A DNA stretch of 64,000 bases, taken from assembly GCA_963825135.1 (NCBI GenBank), contig CAWGRW010000009.1, positions 96,001 to 160,000 on the forward strand, written 5' to 3'. Source of the DNA: an uncultured bacterium. GTDB taxonomy: Bacteria > Desulfobacterota_D > UBA1144 > Nemesobacterales > UBA2774. Numbering within the stretch: the stretch's first letter is position 1; each line of letters opens with the position of its first letter. The position numbers and the translations under genes were made by a program. Shown here one piece after another: positions 52,168 through 62,594 of the stretch. Under the pieces are notes generated by a model, which did not search any database, was not told where the DNA came from, and was given only the letters and a program-made list of their open reading frames with translations.

Positions 52168-52276
52168 GTCATTGGGCATCAACCATTTGGCAAGTGATTG
52201 AGATATCGTTAGGGCACGATAGGCCAGTTCGATGGGATACAGGGTAGAATTTCTCAACTTTTAAATCGAGTCTCAC
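52168..52276 (-). pseudogene. truncated SRPBCC/AHSA1-domain gene remnant
   Basis: GTG overlapping the ArsR stop: MRLDLKVEKFYP/YPIELAYRALTISQSLAKWLMPND, after which similarity is lost. Confidence 0.55.
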
Positions 52277-52617
52277 AGCTCACTTCCTTTTTCATCAAAT
52301 AAGTGCTGAAGCCTGTCAAGGCTGCTTTCCCAAAATCGCCTGTAATGTGTGAGCCATTCATAAACCTCTCGTAAAGTATCGGGCCTCGCCTGATAAATAC
52401 GAAAGCGCCCTTGTTTGCGCCGAGATACCAACCCGGCTTCGGCAAGAATCTGCAAGTGTTGAGAGACGGCCTGAAAAGAAATATCAAAGTGACTTGCCAG
52501 GTTGTGAACGGGCATTTCTTCTTGCTGCAACAGATCAAGTATTTTTCGGCGATTGGTATCAGCAATCGCATGAAATACATCAGATTTTTGAGTTGTAACG
52601 ATTTCTGAATTCCGCAT
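52273..52617 (-). CDS. ArsR/SmtB-family transcriptional regulator
   Basis: DVFHAIADTNRRKILDLL, SFQAVSQHLQIL.EAGLV...QGR.RIY. Confidence 0.92.
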   Translation of the reverse strand: MRNSEIVTTQKSDVFHAIADTNRRKILDLLQQEEMPVHNLASHFDISFQAVSQHLQILAEAGLVSRRKQGRFRIYQARPDTLREVYEWLTHYRRFWESSLDRLQHLFDEKGSEL

Positions 52618-52628
52618 GAAATGATTAT

Positions 52629-52691
52629 ATTCAAGAAGATGCTTGAATGTCAAATAAGGGCGTGCTACGATATTCAATCAATCACTTAAAT
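52629..52691. promoter_or_regulatory. two candidate ArsR operator boxes
   Basis: ATTCAAG-N6-CTTGAAT (52629-52648) and ATTCAAT-N6-CTTAAAT (52672-52691) between the divergent arsR and DUF899 genes. Confidence 0.6.
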
Positions 52692-52708
52692 GAGGAGGTC
52701 TGATCTTC

Positions 52709-53434
52709 ATGAAAAAAGAATCCGGCGGCGGCATCAATAACCACATTGTGGTTAACCATGAGGAGTGGCTTACTGCGCGTATGTCGCTCCTCGCAAAGGA
52801 GAAAGAATTTACCCGGTTGCGTGACCAGCTCAGCCAAGAGCGGAGAAACCTGCCGTGGGAAGAAGTCGAGAAGGAGTATATTTTTGAGGGTTCGAACGGT
52901 AAGCAAAACTTGGGAGAGCTCTTTGATGGTAGAAGCCAATTGATCGTCTATCACTTCATGTTTGGCCCGAGCTGGGTGGCAGGATGCCCCCACTGCTCCC
53001 GTTGGGCTGACAGTTTCAATGGAATAATTATTCACTTGAACCAGCGCGATGTAACCATGATCGCCGTGTCACGGGCGCCTTACACCAGGTTAGCGGCATA
53101 CCAGAAGCGAATGGGCTGGAATTTTAAGTGGGTCTCATCACTTGAGACGGATTTCAATTTTGATTGCCATGTGTCGTTTACACCGGAAGAGCTGGCCGGG
53201 AAAAAAACATTCTATAACTTCACAATGGAAGATCAAGATAGTTCTGAGCGGGAAGGGGTCAGCGTATTTTACAAGGACTCGGCGGGTAAAGTGTTTCACA
53301 CCTACTCGACTTATGCGCGCGGCATCGACTTATTGAACGTGGATTATAATTACCTTGACCTTGTGCCCAAGGGCCGGGATGAGGGAGATCGTGGACCCTT
53401 TTGGGTGCGCCGCCACGATGAATACGGTCTATAA
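52709..53434 (+). CDS. DUF899 thioredoxin-like protein
   Basis: EEWL.AR..LL.KEKE.TR, LF.GRSQLIVYHFMF, GCPHCS, HTYSTYARG, WVRRHDEY. Confidence 0.93.
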   Translation: MKKESGGGINNHIVVNHEEWLTARMSLLAKEKEFTRLRDQLSQERRNLPWEEVEKEYIFEGSNGKQNLGELFDGRSQLIVYHFMFGPSWVAGCPHCSRWADSFNGIIIHLNQRDVTMIAVSRAPYTRLAAYQKRMGWNFKWVSSLETDFNFDCHVSFTPEELAGKKTFYNFTMEDQDSSEREGVSVFYKDSAGKVFHTYSTYARGIDLLNVDYNYLDLVPKGRDEGDRGPFWVRRHDEYGL

Positions 53435-53604
53435 CCGGTAATCGGGCAGCATCGACAGGGGGACCGAGAAATGATCGTAAAAAGCTATAGACGCCAGATC
53501 CGAGATCGCGGCAGGTGCTCTCAATTCCAGGCATTACTACTCGTCAAACCGGCAAATGGAAACGAATAATCTACCCGGTCAATTGTTATTAAGGAATAAG
53601 TACC

Positions 53605-53643
53605 GGCGGGGACGACGAGGCTTGACCCCGCGACCTCTGGCTT
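53605..53643 (-). repeat. tRNA-Asp 3' fragment copy 1 (att-like; 36/39 identical to the intact gene)
   Basis: ggcggggacgacgaggcttgaccccgcgacctctggctt versus ggcggggacgacgggacttgaacccgcgacctctggctt (56030-56068). Confidence 0.9.
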
Positions 53644-53799
53644 CGGAGGGCTTTAGTATAGTTGTATGAATTATTACCCTTTTGTATAGAGCGTACCGCT
53701 CCCCATTAGTCAAGCTCGGATTAACGCGGAGTGATGAACCGTAAAAATGTTAAAAATTTAAATGCCATTATTATCCGGTCTTATGCCCTGCTCCGGCAC

Positions 53800-54174
53800 T
53801 CAGTCCGTTCCCCAAGGGTTGTCGATCACGATGCGCCAGGATCCGTCTTCCTGACGACGCAGAACATCCGCGGATTTTCCCGCCAGCTTCTCCGGTTCGC
53901 CGTCCGGCCCGGTTCCGGTGAATGACCAAACCGAGATTACGAGGGCCAGACCGCTCGCCTCAAGAACCCTTGTCACTTTGAGATCGAGTGTGCCCTTCAT
54001 CGCGATGAAACCGGCCAGCGCTTCACGGATACCCGGTATGCCGCGGGCGAGGTTCCCGGGCTGAGCCGCAAGAGCGGCGTCAGGCTCATAAAGAGTCATG
54101 AGAGTGTCGAGATCGCCGGCGTTAATTCCGTCAACTACAGATTTGAGGACTTGCTCGGGTGTTCCTCTGGACAT
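53800..54174 (-). CDS. NTF2-like (YybH/SnoaL/DUF4440) protein
   Basis: INAGDLDTLMTLYEPDA...ADVLRRQEDGSWRIVIDNPWG. Confidence 0.88.
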   Translation of the reverse strand: MSRGTPEQVLKSVVDGINAGDLDTLMTLYEPDAALAAQPGNLARGIPGIREALAGFIAMKGTLDLKVTRVLEASGLALVISVWSFTGTGPDGEPEKLAGKSADVLRRQEDGSWRIVIDNPWGTD

Positions 54175-54411
54175 ACCATCCTCCCGCTATGTTAAGTTTT
54201 TAATCGTCGTGTAGAGGCCTGACTACCAATTAGACTGCCTAGATTGCTAATCCCGTTTTACGCATGAAGCTTTTCTATTGCTATTCTCTCACAAGTAAGA
54301 AGTTCTTGTCAAGCAAAGGTATAGGTCCACTACATATGAGAGATGGAGTAAGATAATAAAAAGAAGCTGACCGGAAGACTTACTGTGCGGGGTTTTTGCA
54401 GTTCGGGAAAA

Positions 54412-55590
54412 TTAATACTTTTTAACTACAACAGCATCTCCATCGAAACCTATGAATCTGTCGACACAACTGCCGCATACCGGACAATAAACTTCTATAT
54501 TTCCCTGGTGACCGGGTATAACGCGTTCTTCGATCACCAGATTCTTAAGACACCAATAGCATACATATTCACGTTTAATAACATTCATATCTTCGGTCTC
54601 GTGTGGCGGAATTGTTCCGATCTGAAACGCTTGAATGTCCGGAGAAGACGGCTTAGAAATCGTAACTAACTCAACGCCGTCCGAGAACACGCTTACCGGG
54701 CCGTCTTCCGATACCGTAAGTACGACTGATTTAGCTTCTTCATAAGAGTATCTTAGAGCTGAGGTATGACGAGTTCCTCTATACTCGGGGATCATCTCCT
54801 TAGTCGATTCCTTGCTGTCTAATTTAATTTTCGTACATCCAAGTATCCCGTCCTGGTTGAAAAATGTAGCGCCGTCAACTTGCGACAATAAATTTGAAAT
54901 CAGTATTTTATGTTCATCACTCAAAATAGATAGAGTAATCGGAGCAAGGTCCTCAAGGGGTTCAACTTTTGGAATTTTAGACCCCGTCTCGTCGTCAATG
55001 AAATATATAATGGTCGCTCCAATATTTCTTGGACTCAAATAATAGTATGCAAATTCGAGAAGAGCCGATAGTATTTCATCTTGCATTTGCGGTACATGTA
55101 ATTTAATTTTTGTTATGAGAGGATATATGCATTGTATTTTTAACCAATTTCTATTGTGATGTATGTATAGATTGTTATTATGGAACAACTTTGTTTTTAA
55201 GGCATTATCTCTTTGCAGTATCAAAGCGTTTAAATCTTGATGCAATCTTAATAATTCGTATTCTGAACCATAAATTTCGTTCAAAAATATAAGCCCAATC
55301 AGGTTATCTCGTTCATATAACAAATATGATTTATATCCATCTGATAATATTCTTAATGTGGAAGAGTCCAATGTCTTGTTGAATATTATTTTATAGGACT
55401 TTAAGTTCTCGATATTTTCTACAAAAATCACACCGAAGGTTGGTATTAGATTTTCATGCAGCGTAGGATATACACAATAACTTAGCTCTTCCCAAAATAA
55501 TTCCATATCTTTCCATTTGTTGTCTATATCTATTTGATTTAACTCTAACTCATGCTTCAAAATAGAAATTTTTGTATTATTGTCCATCAT
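54412..55590 (-). CDS. DAC (DisA_N diadenylate cyclase) domain protein with C-terminal CxxC...CxxC motif
   Basis: IGATI, VDGA, GTRHTSA, VSEDGPVS; CYWC...CPVC; visibly AT-rich. Confidence 0.82.
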   Translation of the reverse strand: MMDNNTKISILKHELELNQIDIDNKWKDMELFWEELSYCVYPTLHENLIPTFGVIFVENIENLKSYKIIFNKTLDSSTLRILSDGYKSYLLYERDNLIGLIFLNEIYGSEYELLRLHQDLNALILQRDNALKTKLFHNNNLYIHHNRNWLKIQCIYPLITKIKLHVPQMQDEILSALLEFAYYYLSPRNIGATIIYFIDDETGSKIPKVEPLEDLAPITLSILSDEHKILISNLLSQVDGATFFNQDGILGCTKIKLDSKESTKEMIPEYRGTRHTSALRYSYEEAKSVVLTVSEDGPVSVFSDGVELVTISKPSSPDIQAFQIGTIPPHETEDMNVIKREYVCYWCLKNLVIEERVIPGHQGNIEVYCPVCGSCVDRFIGFDGDAVVVKKY

Positions 55591-56028
55591 GGATCGATAT
55601 CAATCTTTGTTCTTGTGGATGAATTATTACAAATCCCGTCAATTTGAATAAAGCTGTTATTATTTTAACCCTCTCGGATTATTATTAGAATAGGCCAAAA
55701 TCCTTTTACTGCATATATACCCGTACCTTCTAACTTATTTGTTGTTAAAGACTAATTCATATATATAATTCTTTTTCTCAGCATGTCTTTCAGCCGCATA
55801 TACGGCCACCCCGGCTATTCAATGCAAGTATACCTCAAACCATTGCCGGAACCTTTCTTTGTTCTCGTCCTGCGGCCGCCGGAGTTTTTCGGTACACCGG
55901 AGAGTATTCGTGTCTTCTTCGGTATTCGGACAGTGTGGAGCCTGTCCGTAGTTAGAATAGCGCCAACAAAAGTGCTAACACTTTTACCCTGGTTTCCATT
56001 TGTCCAGCCGGGAATGTTCATTAGTGAC

Positions 56029-56106
56029 TGGCGGGGACGACGGGACTTGAACCCGCGACCTCTGGCTTGACAGGCCAGCGTTCTAACCGGACTGAACTAC
56101 GTCCCC
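56029..56106 (-). tRNA. trnD: tRNA-Asp (GTC)
   Basis: GGGGACG..CGTCCCC acceptor stem, CTGGC-CT-GTC-AA-GCCAG anticodon arm, TTCAAGT T-loop, encoded CCA. Confidence 0.98.
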
Positions 56107-56123
56107 GCAAGTAATTTATGGAG

Positions 56124-56200
56124 TGGTGGGCGGTACAGGATTTGAACCTATGACATCCTGCTTGTAAGGCAGGCGCTCTCCCATGCTGAGCTAACCGCCC
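56124..56200 (-). tRNA. trnV: tRNA-Val (TAC)
   Basis: GGGCGGT..ACCGCCC acceptor stem, CCTGC-CT-TAC-AA-GCAGG anticodon arm, TTCAAAT T-loop, encoded CCA. Confidence 0.98.
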
Positions 56201-56504
56201 ACTCCGAATTTGAGTAGTTCCGCACCTAAATCCGAACCGTAAGGGAGAAATATATAACTGAATTTTAAGCTTTTGTCCACACACATAGTGTGATTCTATG
56301 ATCCCTCCCATCCGCTCAGTTCCGCCGACATTTCGCACATTTGCGACTACCCGCCGTCATTTCTGTCCTTATGCGCAGAACCTGCGCTCGTATACGATTC
56401 CTCCCCGGCTCATCCGCCCAGCCGGCATATGCGGCAATTTCAAATGTCGGCAGCGACTCGCCGTCCCGTACATTACCACAGAAACACCCTGAGTCGTCCG
56501 GGCC

Positions 56505-56533
56505 AAAAAAAAAGGCGGTTATCTCTAACCGCC
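56505..56533 (-). terminator. Rho-independent terminator after lon
   Basis: GGCGGTTA-GAGA-TAACCGCC followed by T9 on the minus strand. Confidence 0.85.
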
Positions 56534-56564
56534 CCCTCTTCAAAATCATCTTTTAGTTTATAGT

Positions 56565-58991
56565 CTAGTTTACGTTCGTCCCCAGCTCTTCGCCTATCGG
56601 CAGCGCCGGAGGGATTACCACGTTCTTGAGCACGGGCTCGTCGGTTTCGATCGCGGCTTCAAGCACCTCGTCCATGTGGTCGACGAGCTTGATCTTGATG
56701 TCCTTGAGAATGTTCTCGCGGATGTCCTTAATGTCCTTCTCGTTCTCCTGCGGGATAATTACGGTCTTCACCTTACCCCTGTGAGCAGCGAGGATCTTCT
56801 CCTTGAGTCCGCCTATCGGGAGCACCCGTCCTCTGAGGGTTATCTCACCGGTCATAGCGACGTCGTGCCTGACCGGCTTCTTGATGAGCGCGGACACGAT
56901 AGCGGTAGCGATCGCTATGCCCGCCGACGGTCCGTCCTTGGGCGTCGCTCCCTCGGGGACGTGTATGTGCACGTCCACCTTCTGATGGAAGTTGCGCTCG
57001 AGCCCGAGCCTCTCGGCCCTGGATCTGACGTAGCTCATCGCAGCCTGCGTCGATTCCTGCATGACCTCTCCGAGCTTGCCGGTAACGGTGAAATTCCCCT
57101 TTCCGGGCACCACCGACACTTCGATAGTGAGGAGCTCTCCGCCGACTTCCGTCCAGGCGAGTCCAGTGGACATACCCACCTGCGGCATCTCCTCGATCTC
57201 CCCGTACTTGAACTTCGGAATGCCCAGGTACTTCTGGCTCGTTATCAGGTTCGGGGTAACCTTCACCACATGCTCGGTCCCCTTCTTTACGATGTCCCTC
57301 GCAGCTTTCCTGCAGAGAGAAGCTATCTCCCTTTCGAGCGTCCTCACCCCCGCTTCCCTCGTGAAGCGCCTTATTATGGTCAGTATGGCATTGTCCGATA
57401 TCTTCAGGTTCTCTTCCTTCAACCCGTGCGCTTCGAGCTGCTTGGGGACGAGGAACTTCTTCGCTATCTCGAGCTTCTCGTCTTCCGTGTAGCCCGAGAT
57501 GCGGATTATTTCCATCCTGTCCTGGAGCGCCCACGGTATCGTGTGCAGGATGTTCGCGGTCGTGATGAACATTACGTTCGAGAGGTCGTAATCGACTTCG
57601 ATGTAATGGTCGTTGAACGCGTTGTTCTGCTCCGGGTCGAGCGCCTCAAGGAGGGCGGACGCCGGGTCTCCCCTGAAGTCCATTCCCAGCTTGTCTATTT
57701 CATCGAGCAGGAACACCGGGTTCGTGGTCCCCGCCTTTCTCACTCCCTGTATTATCTTTCCGGGCAGCGCTCCGATGTAGGTGCGCCTGTGCCCCCTGAT
57801 CTCGGCCTCGTCCCTGACGCCGCCGAGCGAGACCCTCACGAACTTCCTTCCCATAGAGCGTGCGATAGACTTCGCGAGCGAGGTCTTTCCCACTCCGGGC
57901 GGCCCTACGAAGCATAGTATCGGGCCCTTTATCTTTTTCGTCAGTGCCTGTACGGCGAGGTATTCCAGGATCCTCTCTTTCGGCTTTTCCAGGCCGAAAT
58001 GGTCTTCTTCGAGTATCTTCTGGGCCTCGTCTATGTCTATCCTGTCGTCCGTCTTCTCTTCGCCCCACGGTATCGAAAGGAGCCAGTCTATGTAGTTCCT
58101 TACGACGGTGGCTTCGGCCGACATGGGCGACATCTGTTTTAGTTTCTTTATCTCTTTTTTGACCTTCTGCTCGGCCTCTTCAGGCATGGTCTTCTTTTTG
58201 AGCCTGTCCTCGAATTCCTGTATCTCGGATTTGAGGTCGTCCTTCTCGCCGAGCTCCTTCTGAATGGCCCTCATCTGCTCCGTGAGGTAGTACTCCTTCT
58301 GGGCCTTCTCCATCTGCTTCTTGACTCTCGACCTTATCTTCTTCTCTATCTGGAGTATCTCCACCTCGGACTGTATCTTCTCGTAGAGCTTCTCCAGCCT
58401 CTCCGCCGGGTCGAGGGTTTCCAGTATCTCCTGCTTGTCCTCGAGCTTGAAGCCCAGGTGAGAGGAGATGGTGTCCGAAAGCCTGCCCGCGTCCTCGATC
58501 GAGGACACCGTGACGAGCACCTCGGACGGTATCTTTTTATTCAGCTTCACGTAGTTTTCAAACGCGGTGACGAGGGTCCTTATGAGGGCCTCCGTCTCCA
58601 CTCCTACTTCCTGCGGTTCGGGGATGACCTCCGCCTCGACGAGGAAATAGCCCTTGTTCGGGAGGTAATTCAGGACCTTCGCCCTCTTCTTCCCCTCGAC
58701 GAGCACCTTTACGGTCCCGTCCGGGAGCCTCAGCATCTGAACTATCGTCCCGATAGTCCCTATGTCGTAAATGTCCGTCTCCTGGGGATCGTTCGTCTTC
58801 GCATCCCTCTGCGCGACGAGGAAAATCTCTTTTGATTTCTTCATCGCCTCTTCGAGCGCGCGTATCGACTTCTCGCGCCCCACGAACAGCGGCGCGACCA
58901 TGTACGGGAATATGACTACATCTCTAAGCGGTAATAACGGTATTGTTTCCATTTGCCCCTTTCCCTCTTCGTTTTTGAAAAACATCGGCAT
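56565..58991 (-). CDS. lon: ATP-dependent protease La (Lon)
   Basis: [46 protein letters not shown]. Confidence 0.99.
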   Translation of the reverse strand: MPMFFKNEEGKGQMETIPLLPLRDVVIFPYMVAPLFVGREKSIRALEEAMKKSKEIFLVAQRDAKTNDPQETDIYDIGTIGTIVQMLRLPDGTVKVLVEGKKRAKVLNYLPNKGYFLVEAEVIPEPQEVGVETEALIRTLVTAFENYVKLNKKIPSEVLVTVSSIEDAGRLSDTISSHLGFKLEDKQEILETLDPAERLEKLYEKIQSEVEILQIEKKIRSRVKKQMEKAQKEYYLTEQMRAIQKELGEKDDLKSEIQEFEDRLKKKTMPEEAEQKVKKEIKKLKQMSPMSAEATVVRNYIDWLLSIPWGEEKTDDRIDIDEAQKILEEDHFGLEKPKERILEYLAVQALTKKIKGPILCFVGPPGVGKTSLAKSIARSMGRKFVRVSLGGVRDEAEIRGHRRTYIGALPGKIIQGVRKAGTTNPVFLLDEIDKLGMDFRGDPASALLEALDPEQNNAFNDHYIEVDYDLSNVMFITTANILHTIPWALQDRMEIIRISGYTEDEKLEIAKKFLVPKQLEAHGLKEENLKISDNAILTIIRRFTREAGVRTLEREIASLCRKAARDIVKKGTEHVVKVTPNLITSQKYLGIPKFKYGEIEEMPQVGMSTGLAWTEVGGELLTIEVSVVPGKGNFTVTGKLGEVMQESTQAAMSYVRSRAERLGLERNFHQKVDVHIHVPEGATPKDGPSAGIAIATAIVSALIKKPVRHDVAMTGEITLRGRVLPIGGLKEKILAAHRGKVKTVIIPQENEKDIKDIRENILKDIKIKLVDHMDEVLEAAIETDEPVLKNVVIPPALPIGEELGTNVN

Positions 58992-59023
58992 GGCATGTCT
59001 CCTTAACTATCCGGATTCACATC

Positions 59024-60301
59024 CTACGTTCCCAGACGCGCTTCCTCCTCGTAAATAAAGAGGGGGTCGCCCTTCCCGTTAATTACGTCCTCCGTGATAA
59101 CACAACGCCTTAGCCCTTTAAGCGACGGAACCTCGTAAGATATATCGAGCATCACGGTCTCGATAATCGCTCTCAGTCCCCTCGCGCCCGTTTTTCTCGA
59201 TATAGCCTCGCGGGCGATTGCTGCGAGAGCGCCTTCCGTGACCTCGAGCTCGACACCTTCGAGCTCCATCAGCTTTTGAAACTGCTTTATAATCGCATTC
59301 TTCGGTTTGGTAAGAATCTCCACGAAGGACTCTTCGCTGAGCTCTTCGAGAGTGGCCACGACCGGTATCCTGCCGACGAATTCCGGAATCAGTCCGAACT
59401 GTATCTGGTCCTCGGGCTGCACCTCTTTTAAGAGCGCGCCCAGGTCCTTTTCCTTCGTCCTTCCGAGATTCGCCTCGAATCCGATCGACTTCTCCCCGAT
59501 CCTCTGTTTCACTATATCCTCAAGCCCGCAAAAGGCCCCGCCGCAGATAAACAGAATGTTCGTCGTATCCACCTGCAGGAACTCCTGCTGGGGGTGTTTC
59601 CTTCCGCCCTTCGGCGGAACGTTCGCCTTGGTCCCTTCCATGATCTTGAGAAGGGCCTGCTGAACACCCTCCCCGGAAACGTCCCTCGTTATAGACGGGC
59701 TGTCCCCGGTCTTTCTCGCGAGCTTGTCTATCTCGTCTATATATATAATACCCTTTGATGCCCTTTCAAGGTCATAATCCGCGGCCTGGAGAAGACTCAC
59801 TATCATATTCTCCACGTCCTCTCCGACGTAGCCCGCCTCGGTGTAGCACGTGGCGTCCACGATCGTGAACGGCACGTCGAGGAGCCTCGCGAGCGTCTGG
59901 GCCAGCAGCGTCTTGCCGCTCCCCGTGGGTCCTATCATCAGAATATTGCTCTTCTGCACCTCGACGTCTGAATTCCTCTTCCCGCCGTTGTGCGCGTTTA
60001 ATTCGACTCTCTTGTAGTGGTTATATACCGCTACCGACAGTATCTTCTTCGCCCGTATCTGTCCGATAACGTATTCGTCTAGAAACTTCTTTATCTGCGA
60101 GGGCGTCGGTAAGGCGGTATATCTTTTCTTGAGCACGCCTTCCTTGGCGTCTTCGTCGGCGATTATCTCGTTACAGAGCTCTATGCACTCGTTGCATATA
60201 TATACGGTAGGGCCCGCAATGAGTTTCCTTACTTCTTTCTGGCTCTTTCCGCAGAAAGAGCAGTATAGTTTCCCTTCTTTCGCGTCGCGTCTGGAAGTCA
60301 C
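59024..60301 (-). CDS. clpX: ATP-dependent Clp protease ATP-binding subunit ClpX
   Basis: CSFCGK zinc finger, [22 protein letters not shown] loop. Confidence 0.99.
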   Translation of the reverse strand: MTSRRDAKEGKLYCSFCGKSQKEVRKLIAGPTVYICNECIELCNEIIADEDAKEGVLKKRYTALPTPSQIKKFLDEYVIGQIRAKKILSVAVYNHYKRVELNAHNGGKRNSDVEVQKSNILMIGPTGSGKTLLAQTLARLLDVPFTIVDATCYTEAGYVGEDVENMIVSLLQAADYDLERASKGIIYIDEIDKLARKTGDSPSITRDVSGEGVQQALLKIMEGTKANVPPKGGRKHPQQEFLQVDTTNILFICGGAFCGLEDIVKQRIGEKSIGFEANLGRTKEKDLGALLKEVQPEDQIQFGLIPEFVGRIPVVATLEELSEESFVEILTKPKNAIIKQFQKLMELEGVELEVTEGALAAIAREAISRKTGARGLRAIIETVMLDISYEVPSLKGLRRCVITEDVINGKGDPLFIYEEEARLGT

Positions 60302-60897
60302 TTGCCCGCCTCCTCTCTCTTAGAAATTATAGCATCAACGAGACCGTATTCTAAGGCGTCATTTGGACGGAGGAAAAAATCCCTCTCCGTGTCCTTCGCT
60401 ATCCTGTCGATAGGCTGATTTGTATGCTTGGCCAGAATACGGTTCAGCTCCTCGCGCATCCTCAGTATTTCCTTTGCGTGTATCTCTATGTCGGTAGCCT
60501 GCCCTTCGACGCCCCCCAATACCTGATGGAGCATCACGCGGGCGTGCGGCAGCGCGTACCTCTTCCCCTTCGTCCCCGCGGCGAGGAGCACGGCGGCCAT
60601 GCTGGCTGCCTGCCCCAAACACATTGTCGCAACGTCGCACTTTATGTACTGCATCGTGTCGTAGATCGCGAGCCCCGAGGTCACGTTTCCCCCGGGAGAA
60701 TTGACGTAAACGAAGATGTCCTTCTCCGGGTTCTCCGACTCTAAAAACAACAGCTGCGCTATTACCGTGTCGGCGACCGGATCGTTGATCACTGACCCGA
60801 GAAACACTATTCTGTCTTTGAGTAATCGGGAAAAAATGTCATATGCCCTCTCGCCCCTGCTTGTCTGTTCAATTACAATCGGCACATAGCTGGACAT
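60298..60897 (-). CDS. clpP: ATP-dependent Clp protease proteolytic subunit
   Basis: [31 protein letters not shown]. Confidence 0.99.
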   Translation of the reverse strand: MSSYVPIVIEQTSRGERAYDIFSRLLKDRIVFLGSVINDPVADTVIAQLLFLESENPEKDIFVYVNSPGGNVTSGLAIYDTMQYIKCDVATMCLGQAASMAAVLLAAGTKGKRYALPHARVMLHQVLGGVEGQATDIEIHAKEILRMREELNRILAKHTNQPIDRIAKDTERDFFLRPNDALEYGLVDAIISKREEAGK

Positions 60898-62225
60898 TAT
60901 TCTTGAGTATACTGATTCTCCCCTTTATTGTCAACGAGAATCGGCTCCCCCTGAACCTCCTCAATCGTCGCGTTTTCTATAATGAAATCAATGACTTTTT
61001 GCTCCGCGAGACTCGCGTCGAGTCCCTCCAGGAGGTCGTTCTTGCCGTATATCTCGCGCACCTGTTCGGTGGGCATATTATAGGTGGCGGCGATGCCCGA
61101 AAGGCTCTCGTCGATGTCCTCGTCCGTGACCTTGATGTCCTCTTTCTTCCTTATTTCCGAGAGTATGATCGACGTCTTCACGTTCCTCTGCGCGCTCTCG
61201 GCTATCACGGCTTTTGCGCTGTCGTCGAGCGTTTGAATGTTGAGCCCCCTCTGACGGAGACTCTGCGCCATATTCCGCGCGAGCCTGCCCACCTCTTCGT
61301 TGACGAGGCTCTGGGGGGCGTCGACGGTATTCCTTTCGATGAGCGCGTCCACCACCTGCTGCCTCATCTTGCTCTCCGACTGGTGCTCCGACTGCTTTTT
61401 CAAATCCTCTCTCACATGTTCCCTGAGCGCGGCCACGTCCTCCATTCCCACCTCTTTCGCGAGCTCGTCGTTTAACTCGGGCAGCGTCCTCTTAAGGACG
61501 TCCGTCACGGAAAACTTGTAACGCACCGCCTTGCCCGCCGCTTCCTTTACCTGAAAATCCTCTCCGTAGCTGACGTCGAACTCCTTCGTCTCCCCCTTTT
61601 TCATGCCGATGACGTTCTCCTCGAACTCCGGTATGAGCCTGTCGTGCCCCACGAGGAACTGGAGACCCGTCCTCTTCAAATCCTTCACCTGCTCGCCGTC
61701 TATCGAGCCCTCGAAATCCACTACCGCGACGTCCCCGTTCTCGACCGCCTTCTCCCCTTCGTAGGACTTTATCTCGGCCCTGTGCTCGATAAGATGCTCG
61801 ATAGTATGATCGACGTCCTCGTCCCTGACCCCGTGTATCTCCTTTTTGAGCGGGATGCCCTTGTATTCGGCGAGCTCGAATTGGGGAAGCACCTCGAAGA
61901 CGGCCGAGTAGTGGAAGTCTTTATCGGTCTCGAATACGTCGGGCGGGTTGATCCGGGGCCTGCTTATCGGGTGCGCCGATACCTCTTTGAGCGCCTCTTC
62001 GAGCGAGTCCGTGACGAGCCTCGTCGCGGTCTCTCCCAGTATCTCCTTCCTGTACACGGATTCGATAACGTTAACGGGCGCCTTCCCGGGGCGGAACCCC
62101 TTTATTTTGGCGTTCTTCTTGATCTCGGAGAAGACTATATCCCTCTTCTCCCTCACCACCTCGACGGGGATTACGACGTCCACCTTCCTCTCCGTACCGC
62201 TCAAATTCTCTATGTTCACCTTCAT
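60897..62225 (-). CDS. tig: trigger factor
   Basis: GFRPGKAP signature, FKBP domain; tig-clpP-clpX-lon order with TAATG overlap. Confidence 0.97.
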   Translation of the reverse strand: MKVNIENLSGTERKVDVVIPVEVVREKRDIVFSEIKKNAKIKGFRPGKAPVNVIESVYRKEILGETATRLVTDSLEEALKEVSAHPISRPRINPPDVFETDKDFHYSAVFEVLPQFELAEYKGIPLKKEIHGVRDEDVDHTIEHLIEHRAEIKSYEGEKAVENGDVAVVDFEGSIDGEQVKDLKRTGLQFLVGHDRLIPEFEENVIGMKKGETKEFDVSYGEDFQVKEAAGKAVRYKFSVTDVLKRTLPELNDELAKEVGMEDVAALREHVREDLKKQSEHQSESKMRQQVVDALIERNTVDAPQSLVNEEVGRLARNMAQSLRQRGLNIQTLDDSAKAVIAESAQRNVKTSIILSEIRKKEDIKVTDEDIDESLSGIAATYNMPTEQVREIYGKNDLLEGLDASLAEQKVIDFIIENATIEEVQGEPILVDNKGENQYTQE

Positions 62226-62443
62226 GTCTCTCTACCTCTCGGAATGTCCGATAATTTATGCAGTATTTTTAAGCCCTTATCCCCTGCGTAAAAAGCTTGT
62301 AATTATACATGACAATATTTATTGTGAACAATTTTTCAAGTCGGAATAGATATGATGCGGGAATGCGGCAAATAGATTCGGGCGGGGGGGGTGATCGGGT
62401 CATCTCTTTCCTCTCACGGAGGGGAAGCCCGGATACAGGTCAA

Positions 62444-62552
62444 TCCCGTTCAGCCTGAGCAGGAGCCTGCCCCGAGCAGTGAGCCCGTCGAGCTATCGAA
62501 GGGCGGCTATCCCCGCTTCATCCTCTTCGCAGGAGCGGCTTCCAGCCGCGAT
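62444..62552. repeat. intergenic palindromic repeat remnants including a REP-like unit
   Basis: GCAG-GA-GCGGCT-TCC-AGCCGC-GAT at 62529-62552 (GTAG-type REP layout); ccgttc.gcctgagc...tcgaaggg element upstream. Confidence 0.5.
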
Positions 62553-62594
62553 ACTTCGCTTCTCACACACTCTCCACAAAATCCGGAGAGCCCC

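Noticed and set aside
39740..53643. tRNA fragments as functional tRNA genes
   Set aside because: They lack the 5' acceptor strand, D-arm and CCA end
55783..56338. Short ORFs around the tRNAs
   Set aside because: They overlap tRNA genes or have no recognisable motif; a signal-peptide-like start near 55998 hits a stop after 15 codons
62390..62590. 6S, SRP, RNase P or tmRNA gene
   Set aside because: No diagnostic motifs found by eye
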